Shown here piece after piece: positions 27,583 through 37,004 of a stretch of 64,000 nt of DNA (position 1 is its first letter; every line of letters starts with the position of its first letter). The notes beneath the pieces are model-generated. The model made no database searches, was not told the origin of the DNA, and saw only the letters and a program-made list of their open reading frames with translations. The DNA is taken from contig MFIU01000002.1 in assembly GCA_001778985.1 (NCBI GenBank), forward strand, positions 139,930 through 203,929, written 5' to 3'. The stretch is from Candidatus Giovannonibacteria bacterium RIFOXYD1_FULL_48_21 (GTDB lineage: Bacteria > Patescibacteriota > Minisyncoccia > JACPKW01 > UBA11713). The position numbers were made by a program, and so were the translations under genes.

Positions 27583-28289
27583 ATATGTCTTTTCATTAAA
27601 TTCTCCGCCAGAAGAAAATCAAATTCATTATCGATATTGATTGACTCCCAGTCCTCCATTAGGTATCCCAATATTTTCTCTCCGCTCATGGAGTGCTTCT
27701 CCAGAATTATCGAAGACCAAAAGGCGTTCATTGAGCCGTTATTCTGATAAACCGGAGGCAAAACCTGCCGCGGCGCGTCATGAGGGTCTTTATAAGAAAT
27801 GGGATTTTCCGAAAGCAGGGGTTTTAAAAATTCTCCTTCAAGCTTCCACATTTTGTAAGGAGTCTTGCAGGCTTTCGAAACGGCCCGCACTGAATCGGCT
27901 TTTGCCCTTCCGGCTGCCGTCAAAAGTTCGATACCCTCGTCAATGCGATTGACTCGGCGCAGAGGCGCGGTGGCCCTCAAATCCACCACCATTTCCGGAA
28001 GCTCTCCCCGCTCTTGAAGAAAGGCGAGATGATGCTCGAAAACCGGCAGATCCAGGGTGGAATCTTCGGCCAGCTCCTTGGGCCGCCGGAAAATTTCCGC
28101 CCCAGAGCTTTTTGCCGCCTCAGCTATTTTCTCGTCATCCGTGTTAACTATCACCCGCGAAATATATTTTGACTTTTTGGCCTCTTCAATCGTCCAGGCG
28201 ATGAGAGGCTTTCCGCAAAGCGGTCTTATATTTTTCCCGGGAAGACCTTTGGAGCCGCCGCGGGCCGGAATAATCGCGATAACTTTCAT
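27579..28289 (-). CDS. second nonulosonate cytidylyltransferase paralog (NeuA-like)
   Basis: IIPARGGSKGLPGKN motif. Confidence 0.85.
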   Translation of the reverse strand: MKVIAIIPARGGSKGLPGKNIRPLCGKPLIAWTIEEAKKSKYISRVIVNTDDEKIAEAAKSSGAEIFRRPKELAEDSTLDLPVFEHHLAFLQERGELPEMVVDLRATAPLRRVNRIDEGIELLTAAGRAKADSVRAVSKACKTPYKMWKLEGEFLKPLLSENPISYKDPHDAPRQVLPPVYQNNGSMNAFWSSIILEKHSMSGEKILGYLMEDWESINIDNEFDFLLAENLMKRHI

Positions 28290-29350
28290 TATAGAGAGGA
28301 TGGATAATAGGCGCGGTTCAGCACGCGCATGACCTCGAGACCGCGTTCAAATGAAAGCGGAGAATCTTTAAGCTTGATTTCGCCTGAAAGAAGTTTTTGA
28401 TAATGCAGGGCCTGCCGCCAGAAATCATCCGGCCGTTTTTTGGCAAAAACCTTTTCTACCAAATCTTCACCCTCGACCTGATAACGGACTAAGTCTCCTT
28501 CTGGAACGCCACGCAGATGCCATTCGACAAATCCTTTCTCACCCTGCAACCGCGCCCAGGTTTTGAAAGGATGGGTGAATAAATCCTGAATCACTCGACC
28601 CACTTTCCCTTCCTCGGTCTTAAACAAAAAGGCGATAAGCTCGTCGTATTCAGTTTCCTTCTCCTTTTTCATAGAGAAATCAGTCTTAACTTCTTTGAGC
28701 GCTCCCCAGCCAGCGACTTCGGCCAAGTACTGCCAAAGATGCAAGCCGTGAGAGTTTTCTCCTCCGGCCCCTCCCCCGCGGCGCCAGTAACCGAGGTAGG
28801 TTTCCGCTGGGCCGGAAAGCCAAGGGTGAGCCGCGAAAATAGACCGCCAATCTTCCCTGATTTCAACGTCCAGAGTCAGGATTTCTCCAAAAATTTTCTT
28901 TTTAAGGAGTTCGACTGCGGCTTCAACGCTTTCTGAAACCGCATAAATATATCCGACCGTCACCAAAATTTCCGGATATTTAGCCAAAGATTTTTCGAAT
29001 TCTTTCACTTCGCCGAGGTCAGGAGTCGAAAGAGGTTTTTCCAGATGAAGCAGTTTCGGTTTTTCTTCCAGTGCTTCCAAAGCGAGTTTCATCCTCACAT
29101 CCGGAGGAGTGCCTATCATGATAATGTCAAATCCCCCTTTCGGCTCTTTGCCAGGGGTAAAAAGTTTTATGGAATCGTCCCAAGCGCCATAGCGCTTGGG
29201 ATAGATGTCGTTTTTCATCCGCTCGAGCGCTTTGGGGTCGTTGTCAACCACACTGACTTCCCAGCCAACTCTCCGGCAAGATTGCGCCAGATGATTTCCA
29301 ACTGAACCTGCTCCAAGAATTTTAACTTTCACCCCGTTAGAAGTTTTCAT
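28289..29350 (-). CDS. Gfo/Idh/MocA-family oxidoreductase, copy 2 (near-identical paralog of 24688..25728)
   Basis: About 90% nt identity to copy 1 over several hundred bp at both ends. Start moved from the ORF-track 29488 to the ATG at 29350 (MKTSNGVKVKILGAGS), which aligns with the copy-1 start. Confidence 0.7.
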   Translation of the reverse strand: MKTSNGVKVKILGAGSVGNHLAQSCRRVGWEVSVVDNDPKALERMKNDIYPKRYGAWDDSIKLFTPGKEPKGGFDIIMIGTPPDVRMKLALEALEEKPKLLHLEKPLSTPDLGEVKEFEKSLAKYPEILVTVGYIYAVSESVEAAVELLKKKIFGEILTLDVEIREDWRSIFAAHPWLSGPAETYLGYWRRGGGAGGENSHGLHLWQYLAEVAGWGALKEVKTDFSMKKEKETEYDELIAFLFKTEEGKVGRVIQDLFTHPFKTWARLQGEKGFVEWHLRGVPEGDLVRYQVEGEDLVEKVFAKKRPDDFWRQALHYQKLLSGEIKLKDSPLSFERGLEVMRVLNRAYYPSSL

Positions 29351-30722
29351 AAAGTATTCTCTTAATATAATCCGCGGTTCTTCGGCCGGAAAGGCCGTCG
29401 GTAAATTCGACCTGCTCCTCGACCATCCTTTTTCTCCCCTCCCGATCCAAACTCGGGTCTTCCAAATATCTCCGGACGGCTTCGACAAGTTCTCCCATAT
29501 TCCAAACTCGCTTCACGCCGCCGGAAGCCTCGATGGATTTGTAATGGTCATGCTTCAAAAGCACGGAAACGCTGTGTTTGGGAGGCGTTTGGGGGTCGGC
29601 ATCAAACCTGACGTTGATTACGGGCTTGTCAAAAACCGCGGCATCAATGGAAAGCGTGGACATAGTGTTGATGGTAACATCGCTCCAGTAAAGAGAGTTC
29701 ATCAAGAGCTCAAAATCCTCCGGCGAGAATTCCCAGTCCTTGGTAGACATCTGAATATTTCTCACTGGAAAATATTGGGAGCAGGGCTTGGTGATGGTGA
29801 GATTTTGCGAGGGCCGAAATAATTTTTCATCAATCGGCGGGGTTCCGGGACGATATCTAACTAAAATTTGAGTGTCTTTGGGAAGGCGTCCGTCGTCTAT
29901 GGCGCTCGTAAGCTCATTTATGATTTTAAGGGAAGAAGAAGTATGAGAGTATAGAAACGGGGCGGCTAGAACGATTTTCCGTTCCGGGGGAATGCCCAGC
30001 ATCTTCAAAAATTTCTCCCGAGACTTCAGGGGCGGCTTGAAAAAAATGTCATAGTGCGGAATTCCTGAAACATAGATGTCCTCTTCGGGCATGCCAGCCA
30101 ATCTGACGGCAAGCTCCTTCATGATATGGGTGTGGACAATAAGTTTATCCGGCAAAAGCTGGATTACTCCTTTGGAGGTCAGGTTGTCCCAGGCTCGAAT
30201 CGTCCCCAGGACAAAAAATTTCTTTCTTTTGGCGGCGCGGAGAAAAATCCGGTCCGGAGGAAAAACAATGTCCGGGACAATGACCAAATCCGGCCGATAT
30301 CTCTCCAGAATCTTAACCACCCCGGGATCCAAGGCCACGAATCCGTCCAGAAAGCGGATTATGCTCCGGGGAAATTTAAAACCGGAAAACGCCAGATTGG
30401 CCGCGCGCTTGAGCAGAAATTTTCCGTAGTGCCCGTATTTCAAATAAGTCCACCATTGCTTGAGCCGGACCGAATCGGTATCCAAAAAATTAAAGGCGAT
30501 TGCGCACAAAATTCTTCCGAAGCGGGATTCGGAAACTATCTCCAGGGGCTCGAAAACGACGTTCGGCCTGCCAAACTCTTTTTGGTAGAAAGCGAGCTTG
30601 GAAGGAGGAATCACAATCACGAGCCGCAGGTTTGGCTCGCCGGTCAGCCCGGTATAGATGTAGGTATAAAAAAAATTCTTGGCCCGAATGCCGTTATAGA
30701 TTGGAAGCAGAATTGTTTTCAT
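29337..30722 (-). CDS. TagB/TagF-like (CDP-glycerol glycerophosphotransferase superfamily) GT-B protein, paralog 1 of 5
   Basis: Shares with four other ORFs the C-terminal motifs S..DAA.FDKPVI and DP.LD.EGR......EQ..F.DG.SG.R. Confidence 0.55.
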   Translation of the reverse strand: MKTILLPIYNGIRAKNFFYTYIYTGLTGEPNLRLVIVIPPSKLAFYQKEFGRPNVVFEPLEIVSESRFGRILCAIAFNFLDTDSVRLKQWWTYLKYGHYGKFLLKRAANLAFSGFKFPRSIIRFLDGFVALDPGVVKILERYRPDLVIVPDIVFPPDRIFLRAAKRKKFFVLGTIRAWDNLTSKGVIQLLPDKLIVHTHIMKELAVRLAGMPEEDIYVSGIPHYDIFFKPPLKSREKFLKMLGIPPERKIVLAAPFLYSHTSSSLKIINELTSAIDDGRLPKDTQILVRYRPGTPPIDEKLFRPSQNLTITKPCSQYFPVRNIQMSTKDWEFSPEDFELLMNSLYWSDVTINTMSTLSIDAAVFDKPVINVRFDADPQTPPKHSVSVLLKHDHYKSIEASGGVKRVWNMGELVEAVRRYLEDPSLDREGRKRMVEEQVEFTDGLSGRRTADYIKRILYENF

Positions 30723-30778
30723 ACGGGTCTAAGTTATAAAATTAAAACCTCCGGAAAACAAGTTTCGTTTCTGGGATT

Positions 30779-31705
30779 TTAGAAGGCCCCGCCCCAAAGA
30801 ATGACGATTATCATTCCCGAAACCACAAGCGCCGTGCCCGGCAAGCGATACCTTAAATCTTCTTTTTCGCGGCTATACTGTCCTCGAAATGCCCTGAAAC
30901 TTCCCAAGAGGAGGCCGGAACCCACGGTTGCTAAAATCATACCAGCTCTTTTCCCGGCGACAGCATACGGAACATTCTCAATAAATTTTAAAGCCAGTAT
31001 AAACGCGGCAGACGCTCCCGCGATAGAAATTCCGAAAAGCACAAACGGCCAAGGCGAGTTTGACTGGAGTTCCTCGCGATTTATTCGGTCCAGACCAAAA
31101 TAGATTCCTGCCAGCGCAATCGTAACAAGAGCGATTAACCCATGATCAATCAGCAAATAGAACGGGGCGTTGGCGTTTACCAGCGCAGTGTAGTCCAGAT
31201 TCGAAGTTACGGCGGCAATAATGGCAACTAAAAGCATCAGGCGCGAGCCCCTTTCTCGATACAATCGGGCGAAAGGTTCAAAAATTTCAACTTTCCCTTC
31301 TTTGGTATTCAGCAGGTAGACTCCGGCGGTTATCAAGAGAACTCCCCCAACGCCCAAAGGAGTGGGGGTGCCTCCCCCCATCCACGGCGAAATAATCAAA
31401 AGAAATGCGGGCGTTAAAGCTAGGTAGGGAGCGGTAAGTATAAGTGGGGAACTGCGATGCGCCTCTACCGTCAGAATCATCGCGAGTGTCCAAAGTGGAA
31501 CGTGCCAGGAAACTGCCCACCAAAAATCTGGATGTACTTCCGGAAACCCTTCCAGATACAACCAAACTAGATAAAACGGAAGCGCTGTTAAGTATCCTCC
31601 AGACAAAAGAAGAAAATTATGAATTTTGGTAATCTTAATAACGTTCCGGTTAAAAGCCTCAAAAAGCCCGGAAATAATCGGAAAAATCCACATAAGCAGA
31701 TTCAT
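30779..31705 (-). CDS. EamA/DMT-family 10-TM transporter
   Basis: 308 aa, two EamA-like repeats. Confidence 0.6.
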   Translation of the reverse strand: MNLLMWIFPIISGLFEAFNRNVIKITKIHNFLLLSGGYLTALPFYLVWLYLEGFPEVHPDFWWAVSWHVPLWTLAMILTVEAHRSSPLILTAPYLALTPAFLLIISPWMGGGTPTPLGVGGVLLITAGVYLLNTKEGKVEIFEPFARLYRERGSRLMLLVAIIAAVTSNLDYTALVNANAPFYLLIDHGLIALVTIALAGIYFGLDRINREELQSNSPWPFVLFGISIAGASAAFILALKFIENVPYAVAGKRAGMILATVGSGLLLGSFRAFRGQYSREKEDLRYRLPGTALVVSGMIIVILWGGAF

Positions 31706-31832
31706 GATTTTCTCCTTCGGATTTTTAGAGTGCGAGATTTCATAAAGGGTGTGTAGCTGAATGATATCAAAGTCAAGAATTTATAAAAACCTCAATAAAA
31801 ATAGACCATCTTTTTACGATCGGAGGGAGTTG

Positions 31833-32387
31833 TTACGGATTAAAATAAAGACGCAAATCCGCATCATAGGTCATCTCAGAAACCACCAGATATCTCACGT
31901 GATTTCTTATTTCAAAAAGTTCGACTAGAAAATCAATCGCATTACGGCATTCGTACGGAAAAACCCAGACGCTTTTCTGGAGTTCAAGAAATCCCAATTT
32001 CTTCATTTCCTGCCTAAGCGCATCACGGGCTGGTCTTTTTTTCTCGGGGATGTCAAAAATCACGATTCGCCATTTTCTATCCCAGCGGCTGGGCTTTGGA
32101 ATGGAAATATTATCGGGGTCATAACGAAACGCGTGCTTCTCGCCCAGTTTCGTCAGCACTACCGTAATCGACCCATCTTTTTCTTCTTTGAAATCCACCA
32201 AACGTTTATGCTTAAATTCGCGGACGATCCGACGGAGCGTAGTGCGCTCGATTTCACTCCAAGCTTTGGGAATGGATTTAATTATCCGAAAGTGGGTCCG
32301 GGGCGAGCGCGAAAGTCCGAGAGCAAGTCCAGAAGCGAGCAGTAGTAAAATCTTCTGCTTAACAGGGCTATAGAGAAATTTAGCCAT
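31833..32387 (-). CDS. small PaaX-family regulator-like protein (winged helix plus Cas2-like PaaX_C domain)
   Basis: WDRKWRIVIFDIPEKKRPARDALRQEMKKLGFLELQKSVWVFP closely matches the PaaX C-terminal domain pattern. Confidence 0.5.
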   Translation of the reverse strand: MAKFLYSPVKQKILLLLASGLALGLSRSPRTHFRIIKSIPKAWSEIERTTLRRIVREFKHKRLVDFKEEKDGSITVVLTKLGEKHAFRYDPDNISIPKPSRWDRKWRIVIFDIPEKKRPARDALRQEMKKLGFLELQKSVWVFPYECRNAIDFLVELFEIRNHVRYLVVSEMTYDADLRLYFNP

Positions 32388-32425
32388 ATAGACTAACTTT
32401 ATACGATCGGGAGAAGTTAGTCTAT
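32388..32425 (-). promoter_or_regulatory. hairpin ATAGACTAACTT...AAGTTAGTCTAT containing the TACGATCGGGAG motif, abutting the regulator start codon
   Basis: 12-bp perfect inverted repeat. The loop carries a motif repeated at 31809-31830 (CTTTTTACGATCGGAGGGAGTT vs CTTTATACGATCGGGAGAAGTT). Confidence 0.4.
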
Positions 32426-32448
32426 TGATAGAATTATTGAGAGAGTTA

Positions 32449-33678
32449 TTATTTTATATCATGGAAACTTTTTTGCAAAGGAGGATTAACTTCAGCCAAA
32501 ATCTCGGTAATCTTTCGGCCGGCGTCTCCTTGGCCGAATCTCGAATTTGAAGGATAGCGGCCGTGAGCGAGCTGGGACAAGACGCTTTTTTTAATTGCTT
32601 CGAAATCCGCCGGCGCTTCCGTCACGTTTTCTCCCCGCTCCCGATTTTGCTGACGGGAGCCGACCAGCACCGCCGGCGTTCCCAGATACGCCCCCTCGCG
32701 GATGAAACTCGAAGAATTGCCCAGGGCGCAAGCGGCATTGGCCAAGGCCCGATAAAACCTGTCCGGATGAAGCTGCTTGGAGAAATAGACCTCGGCCGGC
32801 TTCGCGTTTTCATACCATTCGGCCAGTGTCCTCCCTACTCCCCTGGAACGCGCGTCAGGATTAGAGCCTATAACCAGAGCCGGCATTTTTAAATCCTCAA
32901 TCACTTTGAGGATTGTTTCGACCAGATTAAGATTTTCTTCCCTGGACTCGGTCGTAACCGGATGGGTAGTCACAAGTAGATAGGGCTTTTTAAGATTAAT
33001 GTATTCCGGAGAGCCGTCTTCAATTTCAGGAGAAAGGTCAATCTCTTTCAGGACATCGATGGATGGAGAACCGACCTTGAAGACAAAACGCGGGTCTTCG
33101 CCGAGCTGTAAAACCCGGCGCCGAGACTCGTCCGTGTTAGTAAAATGAATCTGGGCGAATTTCGTGATGGCGTGCCGAATGGATTCATCAATCGTCCCGG
33201 AAACGTCGCCGGCCTCGTTATGGGCGATGGGAATATTTAGAAAACTGGCGGCAATCGTGATGGCCATCATTTCGAATCGGTCGCCGTCCACAAACACCAG
33301 GTCGGGTTTAAGTTTACGCAAAGTATCCGTTAGGCTTATAATTCCCAATCCCACGGACTTGGCCATGGTAGCCGGAAGGCCGCCGTCCAGAAAGAAAGGA
33401 ACGTTCGCTCCGACCGAAAAACCGTCCGCCTTCATCTTGCGAATCACAAAATCGCCATCAAGCGCCCTTGATACCCGGGCTTTCAGATACCACGGAATAG
33501 CTTTAAGCCAATCTCTGGGCTCGGAGTGCTGCAGATTGGCGAAGAAGTAGCCGCGTGCGGCCTGAACGCCGGTGATGGTCTGGAGTTCGAGCTCGGGGTG
33601 ATTTGTAATCGCTTTCAGCACCGGTCGCAATCTCCCATAATTCGCGCGGTAGAAAATTGGCACTAATATTTTTTTCAT
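32449..33678 (-). CDS. second hydrolysing UDP-sugar 2-epimerase paralog (NeuC/LegG-like) with a ~40-aa insertion
   Basis: Epimerase_2 motifs (HNEAGDVSGTIDESIRHA, GNSSSFIREG). Confidence 0.85.
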   Translation of the reverse strand: MKKILVPIFYRANYGRLRPVLKAITNHPELELQTITGVQAARGYFFANLQHSEPRDWLKAIPWYLKARVSRALDGDFVIRKMKADGFSVGANVPFFLDGGLPATMAKSVGLGIISLTDTLRKLKPDLVFVDGDRFEMMAITIAASFLNIPIAHNEAGDVSGTIDESIRHAITKFAQIHFTNTDESRRRVLQLGEDPRFVFKVGSPSIDVLKEIDLSPEIEDGSPEYINLKKPYLLVTTHPVTTESREENLNLVETILKVIEDLKMPALVIGSNPDARSRGVGRTLAEWYENAKPAEVYFSKQLHPDRFYRALANAACALGNSSSFIREGAYLGTPAVLVGSRQQNRERGENVTEAPADFEAIKKSVLSQLAHGRYPSNSRFGQGDAGRKITEILAEVNPPLQKSFHDIK

Positions 33679-34700
33679 ATTTCTTGAAAATATGCTTCCC
33701 GCCCTCGTCGCAAGCGCGGACTTAGAATCTGAAGCGAGCCGTCCTTGATTTCGAAAAGAGGCTGTTTCCCTCCGGAAATATCGTTGGCATCAAGCCTCGC
33801 AAAAAGAACGGGTTCTTTCAGGGTGCGGTTAAAAGCCTTCTCCATAGTAAACCCGAATTTCATGCCCGCGGTTTTAGCCTTCTGGGCAGCTTCAGATGAA
33901 ACCGTAAAAGTGTGCGGAAAGGAAACCGCGCTAAATTTAGCCCGCGAGTCGCCTGTGACCTGCAACAAGACTCGTTTGGCATTTTTAAACTCGCTTTCCA
34001 TGGCTCTACTATCCAAAAGCGCGATAGGTTTATGCGTGTAGCCGTGCCATCCGAGATAAAAACGTTCGTGCAAACTTGCTGCCTGCTGCTTGGATACGTA
34101 AAAATTCTCACAGAATTTCTCCTCGCTGGCAACCAAAGATTGAAAAATGGAATCTATAATCTTTTCCCGAAGCTCCAAATCCAAAGAGCTCTTGTTGAGT
34201 AAAAACTTAAGGTGCGCCTCCTCCGGGTCGTCATAAGGATAGAGTTTCTCAATCTCGGCCGCGGATACCGGCGCGAAAGAATCAAAATTGAACGGCTTTC
34301 CGGAAAGCAGGGCGTAGTGGCGCCGAACCTCGCTAAAAAACTCGTCTGCCGACAGATGTGCTCGGCACCAATGAACTTTGTGCACGAATAACACCCGCCT
34401 TTCCAGATAAGGAAGGCCGTTAATAAAAAAAATCGCCGGTATCCCCATCTCATCCAAAATAGGCAGGGCCCGCTCATACTGGGACTTGAGCCCGTCGTCA
34501 AAAGTTATGGCGCAGCAATTTTCAGGAAGGGGCCTCTTTTTTTCCAGCGCCTCCAGAATTTCCCGCTGGCCGACGAATTTAAAAAATTTTCCGAGCTCCC
34601 TCAATTGCAGGCGAAACCTAGCGGGCGAAACCGGATAGATTCCTCTGGGGTACCTGTCTTCCTCGTCTATATAATGATAGTTAACTGCCAGAAAGTTCAT
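33675..34700 (-). CDS. polysaccharide deacetylase (CE4/NodB-like)
   Basis: ITFDDGLKSQYE...GIPAIFF NodB motifs 1-2. Confidence 0.7.
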   Translation of the reverse strand: MNFLAVNYHYIDEEDRYPRGIYPVSPARFRLQLRELGKFFKFVGQREILEALEKKRPLPENCCAITFDDGLKSQYERALPILDEMGIPAIFFINGLPYLERRVLFVHKVHWCRAHLSADEFFSEVRRHYALLSGKPFNFDSFAPVSAAEIEKLYPYDDPEEAHLKFLLNKSSLDLELREKIIDSIFQSLVASEEKFCENFYVSKQQAASLHERFYLGWHGYTHKPIALLDSRAMESEFKNAKRVLLQVTGDSRAKFSAVSFPHTFTVSSEAAQKAKTAGMKFGFTMEKAFNRTLKEPVLFARLDANDISGGKQPLFEIKDGSLQILSPRLRRGREAYFQEI

Positions 34701-35373
34701 TGGAAAGAAAAGATAATACCTCTTCGGCGACTTCTTCCGGCTCTCGAGCCATCGTCTTATAAATGGACGGCAAGTTTTTAATCAGGTCGGTATTCACCGA
34801 GCCCGGAGAAACTATATTCACTCTGATTCCTTTTCCGCTTAATTCTGACGCGAGCGCCCGGCTTAAACCCACCAGACCATATTTTGCAGAAATATAACCG
34901 CTCAGGCCGGACGGCGGGGCGCCAACGGTAACGTCGCTCGCGATATTAATAATGTCCCCGGAGCGTTTTTCAAGCATAAAAGGCAGAACCGCTTTGATGG
35001 CGTTGTAAGCGCCGTGAATCTGAACTTCCAGATGCCGCTCAAAATCATCCCACCCCAAATCAGCAAAACGTTTGTAATCAATAGACACTCCGGCGTTGTT
35101 AATGAGGGCGTCAATCCTGCCGAATTTGTTCAAAACAGCTTCGACCATTTCCCGAACCTCTTCGGCTTTGGTTACGTCGGCTTTGAAAGTCAGGGCTTCT
35201 CCTCCGAATTTCTGTATTTCTTTTTCAACCTTTTCCGCCTCTATGCCGTTTTTAAGATAATTTATCGCCACCCGAGCGCCGTGTCGGGCCGAAGCCAGCG
35301 CGATGGCCTTGCCGAGGCCGCGGCTCGCGCCAGTAATCAAAACAACTTTTCCGTCCAAGTTTTTCATATCCAT
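34681..35373 (-). CDS. 3-oxoacyl-ACP reductase-like SDR (FabG-like)
   Basis: ITGASRGLG, NNAG, YISAKYG motifs. Confidence 0.85.
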   Translation of the reverse strand: MDMKNLDGKVVLITGASRGLGKAIALASARHGARVAINYLKNGIEAEKVEKEIQKFGGEALTFKADVTKAEEVREMVEAVLNKFGRIDALINNAGVSIDYKRFADLGWDDFERHLEVQIHGAYNAIKAVLPFMLEKRSGDIINIASDVTVGAPPSGLSGYISAKYGLVGLSRALASELSGKGIRVNIVSPGSVNTDLIKNLPSIYKTMAREPEEVAEEVLSFLSNELSGS

Positions 35374-35374
35374 C

Positions 35375-35782
35375 TTATATAATTTTTACCAAAGCCCTGC
35401 CCTCTACCGCCACTCGGCCTTCGGAATCAAAAATCTCCATCTTGATTTCCACAATCTTTGTTGATTCAGATTTGCTGACCACGGTTCCTTTTACCTTAAA
35501 CTTTTCCCCCGCCAAAATCGGCCGATGAAAATTCAAGTTTTGAGAAAGATACAAGGAATCTTTTCCGGGAATAACCATCCCGACTAAATAAGAAAATTTA
35601 GAAGCGACGAGAAGGCCGTGCGCCAGGCGTCCCTTATAGCCCTTGGTTCGGGCAAATCCATCGTCCAGGTGCAGGGGACTCTGGTCTCCGGAGAGTTTCG
35701 CGAAAGCCTTAATATCTTCTTCGGAAAAACTGCACAAAACCGGCTCGGTTTCATATCCTACGTTAATGTCTTCAAATTTCAT
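35375..35782 (-). CDS. MaoC-like hot-dog fold dehydratase/enoyl hydratase
   Basis: 135-aa hot-dog domain with the conserved SGDQSPLHLD motif. Confidence 0.8.
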   Translation of the reverse strand: MKFEDINVGYETEPVLCSFSEEDIKAFAKLSGDQSPLHLDDGFARTKGYKGRLAHGLLVASKFSYLVGMVIPGKDSLYLSQNLNFHRPILAGEKFKVKGTVVSKSESTKIVEIKMEIFDSEGRVAVEGRALVKII

Positions 35783-35791
35783 AAATAAAAT

Positions 35792-36754
35792 TTAATAGGC
35801 GCGGTCGCGATCTCCGTCGGCCTTAACCACGAACCAATCCATGGGCGGCTCTTGGTCTGGGCGGTCAACGTGTTTATACGTGAAGTTGAGGGTCAGCCTT
35901 TTTCTATCAACCGGCAAAATAAAAATCGGCGGGTCCGTACTGACTTTACGATTCGCCGCGTGAAAACCGGCTTCCTGAAAGGCTTCACCATACCTTGATG
36001 GAAAAGAAAAAAAATCAATAAAATCCGCTTTAGCGTCTTTGGCAAAGTTAACTGCCTTTTTTACGAGCCTTGCCGCGGCTTCCGGGCCGCCGATAAGGTC
36101 GACAATGCGGCAAGCCGTAAGCTCCTCCCCTTTCTCGATTCTTAAAATGATATAACCCTCTAACCCGCCAAAAATCTGATATTTAATTTTTGGATTATCA
36201 ATAAAACGCCAATTCAGATAAGCCGCCGAACGGTCAACCGTCGCGGCATAATCATGGCTCAACGTCTCCCAAGCCTTGTCCCACTCCGGGCCAAACTTAT
36301 CTATGGCGGCAATATCCGAGTCCTCGGCAAATCCGCGGTTTTCCTTTAAGTCCCTCACCCAGCGCGTCATCAGAGCTTCCTCGCTCCAGCCGCAAAATTT
36401 AAAGACGGGCGCGGAGGGAGGACTGAAACCCGTGGTATAGAGAATATCAAAATATTTCTCGGCTTCGCGAACCAAGAGCACTCCGGCTCCGCGCGAACGT
36501 AAATCTTCGAACACAATCAGACAGCCCAGAAACGCCGCGTTGAACAGTCTTCCGCGGACTCGAAATTTATACCCAATCAGCCCCAAGTGCCCGACGATCT
36601 CGCTATTTTTTTCGAGCAGTAAATTGGAATAACCAGGAAATTGCCATTTCAAATATTCTTTCTCGCTCATGATGTGGCCGGGTTTATAAACTTTCTTAAA
36701 AAAATCTATCAAGGCCGGAATGTCATTTTCCTTAGCTAGTCTTACGCTGTACAT
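35792..36754 (-). CDS. GNAT-family acyltransferase with C-terminal extension
   Basis: N-terminal GNAT pattern (LIVFEDLRSRGAGVLLV, acyl-CoA/ACP binding loop). Confidence 0.5.
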   Translation of the reverse strand: MYSVRLAKENDIPALIDFFKKVYKPGHIMSEKEYLKWQFPGYSNLLLEKNSEIVGHLGLIGYKFRVRGRLFNAAFLGCLIVFEDLRSRGAGVLLVREAEKYFDILYTTGFSPPSAPVFKFCGWSEEALMTRWVRDLKENRGFAEDSDIAAIDKFGPEWDKAWETLSHDYAATVDRSAAYLNWRFIDNPKIKYQIFGGLEGYIILRIEKGEELTACRIVDLIGGPEAAARLVKKAVNFAKDAKADFIDFFSFPSRYGEAFQEAGFHAANRKVSTDPPIFILPVDRKRLTLNFTYKHVDRPDQEPPMDWFVVKADGDRDRAY

Positions 36755-36758
36755 AGCT

Positions 36759-37004
36759 CTAAAGTTTTATCCCCTTATTGACGAGGTAGCGTTTAATATC
36801 CCCGAGATTTTTTGCTTCCATGGTCTCGTCGACTGTGAACTGAACTTTAAATTCTTTCTCCAGTTCGGAGATAAAAATAAGGTAATTCATGGAGTCCCAG
36901 TCCGGAATCGTGCTTGGCGACATTTCATCATTAATTTCCTGGGCGGAAACTTTGAAAATTTTTTGGATGATGGGTATCAGCTTATCCATATCGTTTTTAT
37001 CCAA
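36759..37004 (-). CDS. acyl carrier protein
   Basis: 81 aa with phosphopantetheine attachment motif DWDSMNYLIFISELEKEF (DSx core). Confidence 0.8.
   Translation of the reverse strand: MDKNDMDKLIPIIQKIFKVSAQEINDEMSPSTIPDWDSMNYLIFISELEKEFKVQFTVDETMEAKNLGDIKRYLVNKGIKL

Noticed and set aside
31833-32387. Cas2-like sequence, raising the possibility of a CRISPR-Cas locus
   Set aside because: The Cas2-like region matches the PaaX C-terminal domain pattern (WDxxW...FGxLQxSVWV.P). There are no cas1 or other cas genes and no direct-repeat/spacer array anywhere in the window.
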